Shown here: positions 62,379 to 64,000 of the stretch, piece by piece | Numbering within the stretch: position 1 is the first letter of the stretch | Layout: each line of letters opens with the position of its first letter | NCBI GenBank assembly: GCA_051362555.1 | Contig: CM120641.1 | Span: 39,934,401-39,998,400, forward strand | Length of the DNA stretch: 64,000 nucleotides | Source: Lingula anatina | Lineage: Eukaryota; Animalia; Brachiopoda | Direction of reading: 5' to 3' | Program-made: the position numbers and the translations under genes | The notes under the pieces: model-generated | The model's input: the letters and a program-made list of their open reading frames with translations, nothing else | What the model was told of the DNA's origin: nothing | The model's database searches: none

Positions 62379-63498
62379 TGATAGAACTATATCTCACTAT
62401 TTTCACTGTACTATTTTCATATCGATATCACCATGGTAATGATATCATGTAATTTCGCTATTCAACTTTTTCCCCTTAAAAATATTTTCAAGTTAAATAG
62501 AAAAGACGGCAGAAACATTATTTTCAACATTTCAACAATCAGTTTGCGTAATGTACATTATGTAGTTCTTTTTACCATTACCGCGTTGTTCAGGCTCAAT
62601 TTCCCAGTGGAAGGGGGGACGAGGAGGTTTCTGGAGGAAGATACTGTACTTGGAGGATACTTGGTGCCTAAAGGGGTCAGTATTGGATTTTTAAGTCTCC
62701 GGTTCATCTGGATTAGATAGATGACTGAGAATGTGGAAAAAACTTCTCTCAAAATTTGGATATAAGATATTTCATAATGACTGCATACTGTTTTGATTGG
62801 GTCTAATGTTTTGAATAATATTTTTAAAAATTCACGCAGACTTATCATCCCAAACTGTTTTAAAATTTTATTGATTTATTATATTATTTATTTGATTTGG
62901 ATTGTGTTGATTTGGATATTTTACCATTTTAAAGGCTTTGATTGCCATGAACAATCAAGTAATGTGTCTTCAAGAGGAATATTTTGAACGTCCTGAAGAA
63001 TTTCTGCCGGAACGCTGGTTGAAGAAAGACAGTAGAGACATTCAGGCACCACCGCCGTTTGTAATGATGCCTTTTGGATACGGCCCTAGAATGTGTATAG
63101 GGAGGAGATTTGCTGAACAAGAAATATACTTAGCTTTGATTAAGGTCAGAAAACGAAGACATTTTCGAAAACAGATGTAACTTGTATCTTTTTTTTACAA
63201 TTTTAGAATTTATCCTTTTGCTTGCTGTGTTAATGTCTATCAAGACAGCTTCGATATTTCCTTAATGTTACGATTTGCCGGAAAACGTCACCTGATTTTG
63301 GGCCATAAAAAAGCTTTTGCTATCTTTTGATGCATCATACATGTTGATATTATTTTTTGTTAACGATAGCTCTCTATTTTCTTTCAGATTGTTCAAACTT
63401 TCCGGATGGAATATCATCATGAACCTATTGGCATGATTAACCGACTGTTCACAATGCCGGACAAGGCGCTCAGGATCGCCCTTTTTCCAAGGGACTGA
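59081..63498 (+). CDS. Cytochrome P450, mitochondrial clan (subfamily uncertain). Exons 59081-59159, 60135-60360, 60496-60689, 60993-61194, 61518-61686, 62162-62328, 62594-62675, 62935-63144, 63388-63498
   Basis: PFSAMPGP; FRGEGKYPKRP; QGEAWFNVR (WxxxR); AGIDST; YLKACIKESFR (ExxR); PERW; heme motif PFGYGPRMCIG. Confidence 0.93.
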
Positions 63499-64000
63499 CC
63501 AGTTGTGCTCGGCAAGTCTTACTTCGAGTTCTGTATCACCTTCACGCACGTTAAAGGTGATTTCTACAGGCGTCTTTTTATTGAACCACACGAATGTAAT
63601 CTAAGATGACTAGGACCTGTTCTACAGGTTGTCACGTCTATTACATACGCCTTGTTGCATTAAGCTACTCGATTTTCTTCAAAGCTGTTAGTCTGGCTTA
63701 ATCACGGATGGTGCTTCTGATCGATTACATTATCAATTTTGATTTTTGAAGAACTGCACGACCAGGAAGGCCGGCATAAAAAAACTTTAATTCGGCACAG
63801 ATATCGCCTTCTTCACTTGTAATGAAAAAACGTAAAGAAATCGGAAAAATACTGTACCGAGGGGGCCCTTTATACTTGGAATGGAAGGCAAAAATATTTT
63901 TGCATCTAATCCCAGTTCACCCGATTTCGCCGATTCCACATGTATTGAATGCTTGTATCACTTGTTAACATGTACGCATTGGTCCTATTGCAGAGTTTTG

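Noticed and set aside
63268-63591. 107-aa minus-strand ORF
   Set aside because: Antisense to the last P450 exon; no recognisable motif.

Overview
AT-rich, intron-rich animal genomic DNA; an invertebrate, plausibly a mollusc (inference from gene content only). In order: last exon of peroxiredoxin-5 (+); a complete AMPK beta-subunit gene (-) with two tandem 94-nt mutually exclusive exons in its glycogen-binding module; a tandem segmental duplication (~8.7-23.0 kb and ~23.0-49.4 kb), each unit holding a 19-exon VWA7-like (HET-C-like + VWA) type I membrane protein gene. Unit 2 also holds a 5'-truncated LINE, a very young full-length Gypsy element (apparently identical LTRs, -1 frameshift signal) and an intronless AsnRS-catalytic-domain-only gene of asparagine synthetase A/AsnRS2 type. 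That gene is a horizontal-transfer candidate and seems to have been deleted from unit 1, leaving a 20-nt scar. Then come a decayed L2 LINE, a Tc1 element, mRpS34 (+) with nested MITEs in its intron, and a 9-exon mitochondrial-clan cytochrome P450 (+). All exon coordinates were read by eye from splice signals and frame; family calls rest on recalled motifs, not database searches.
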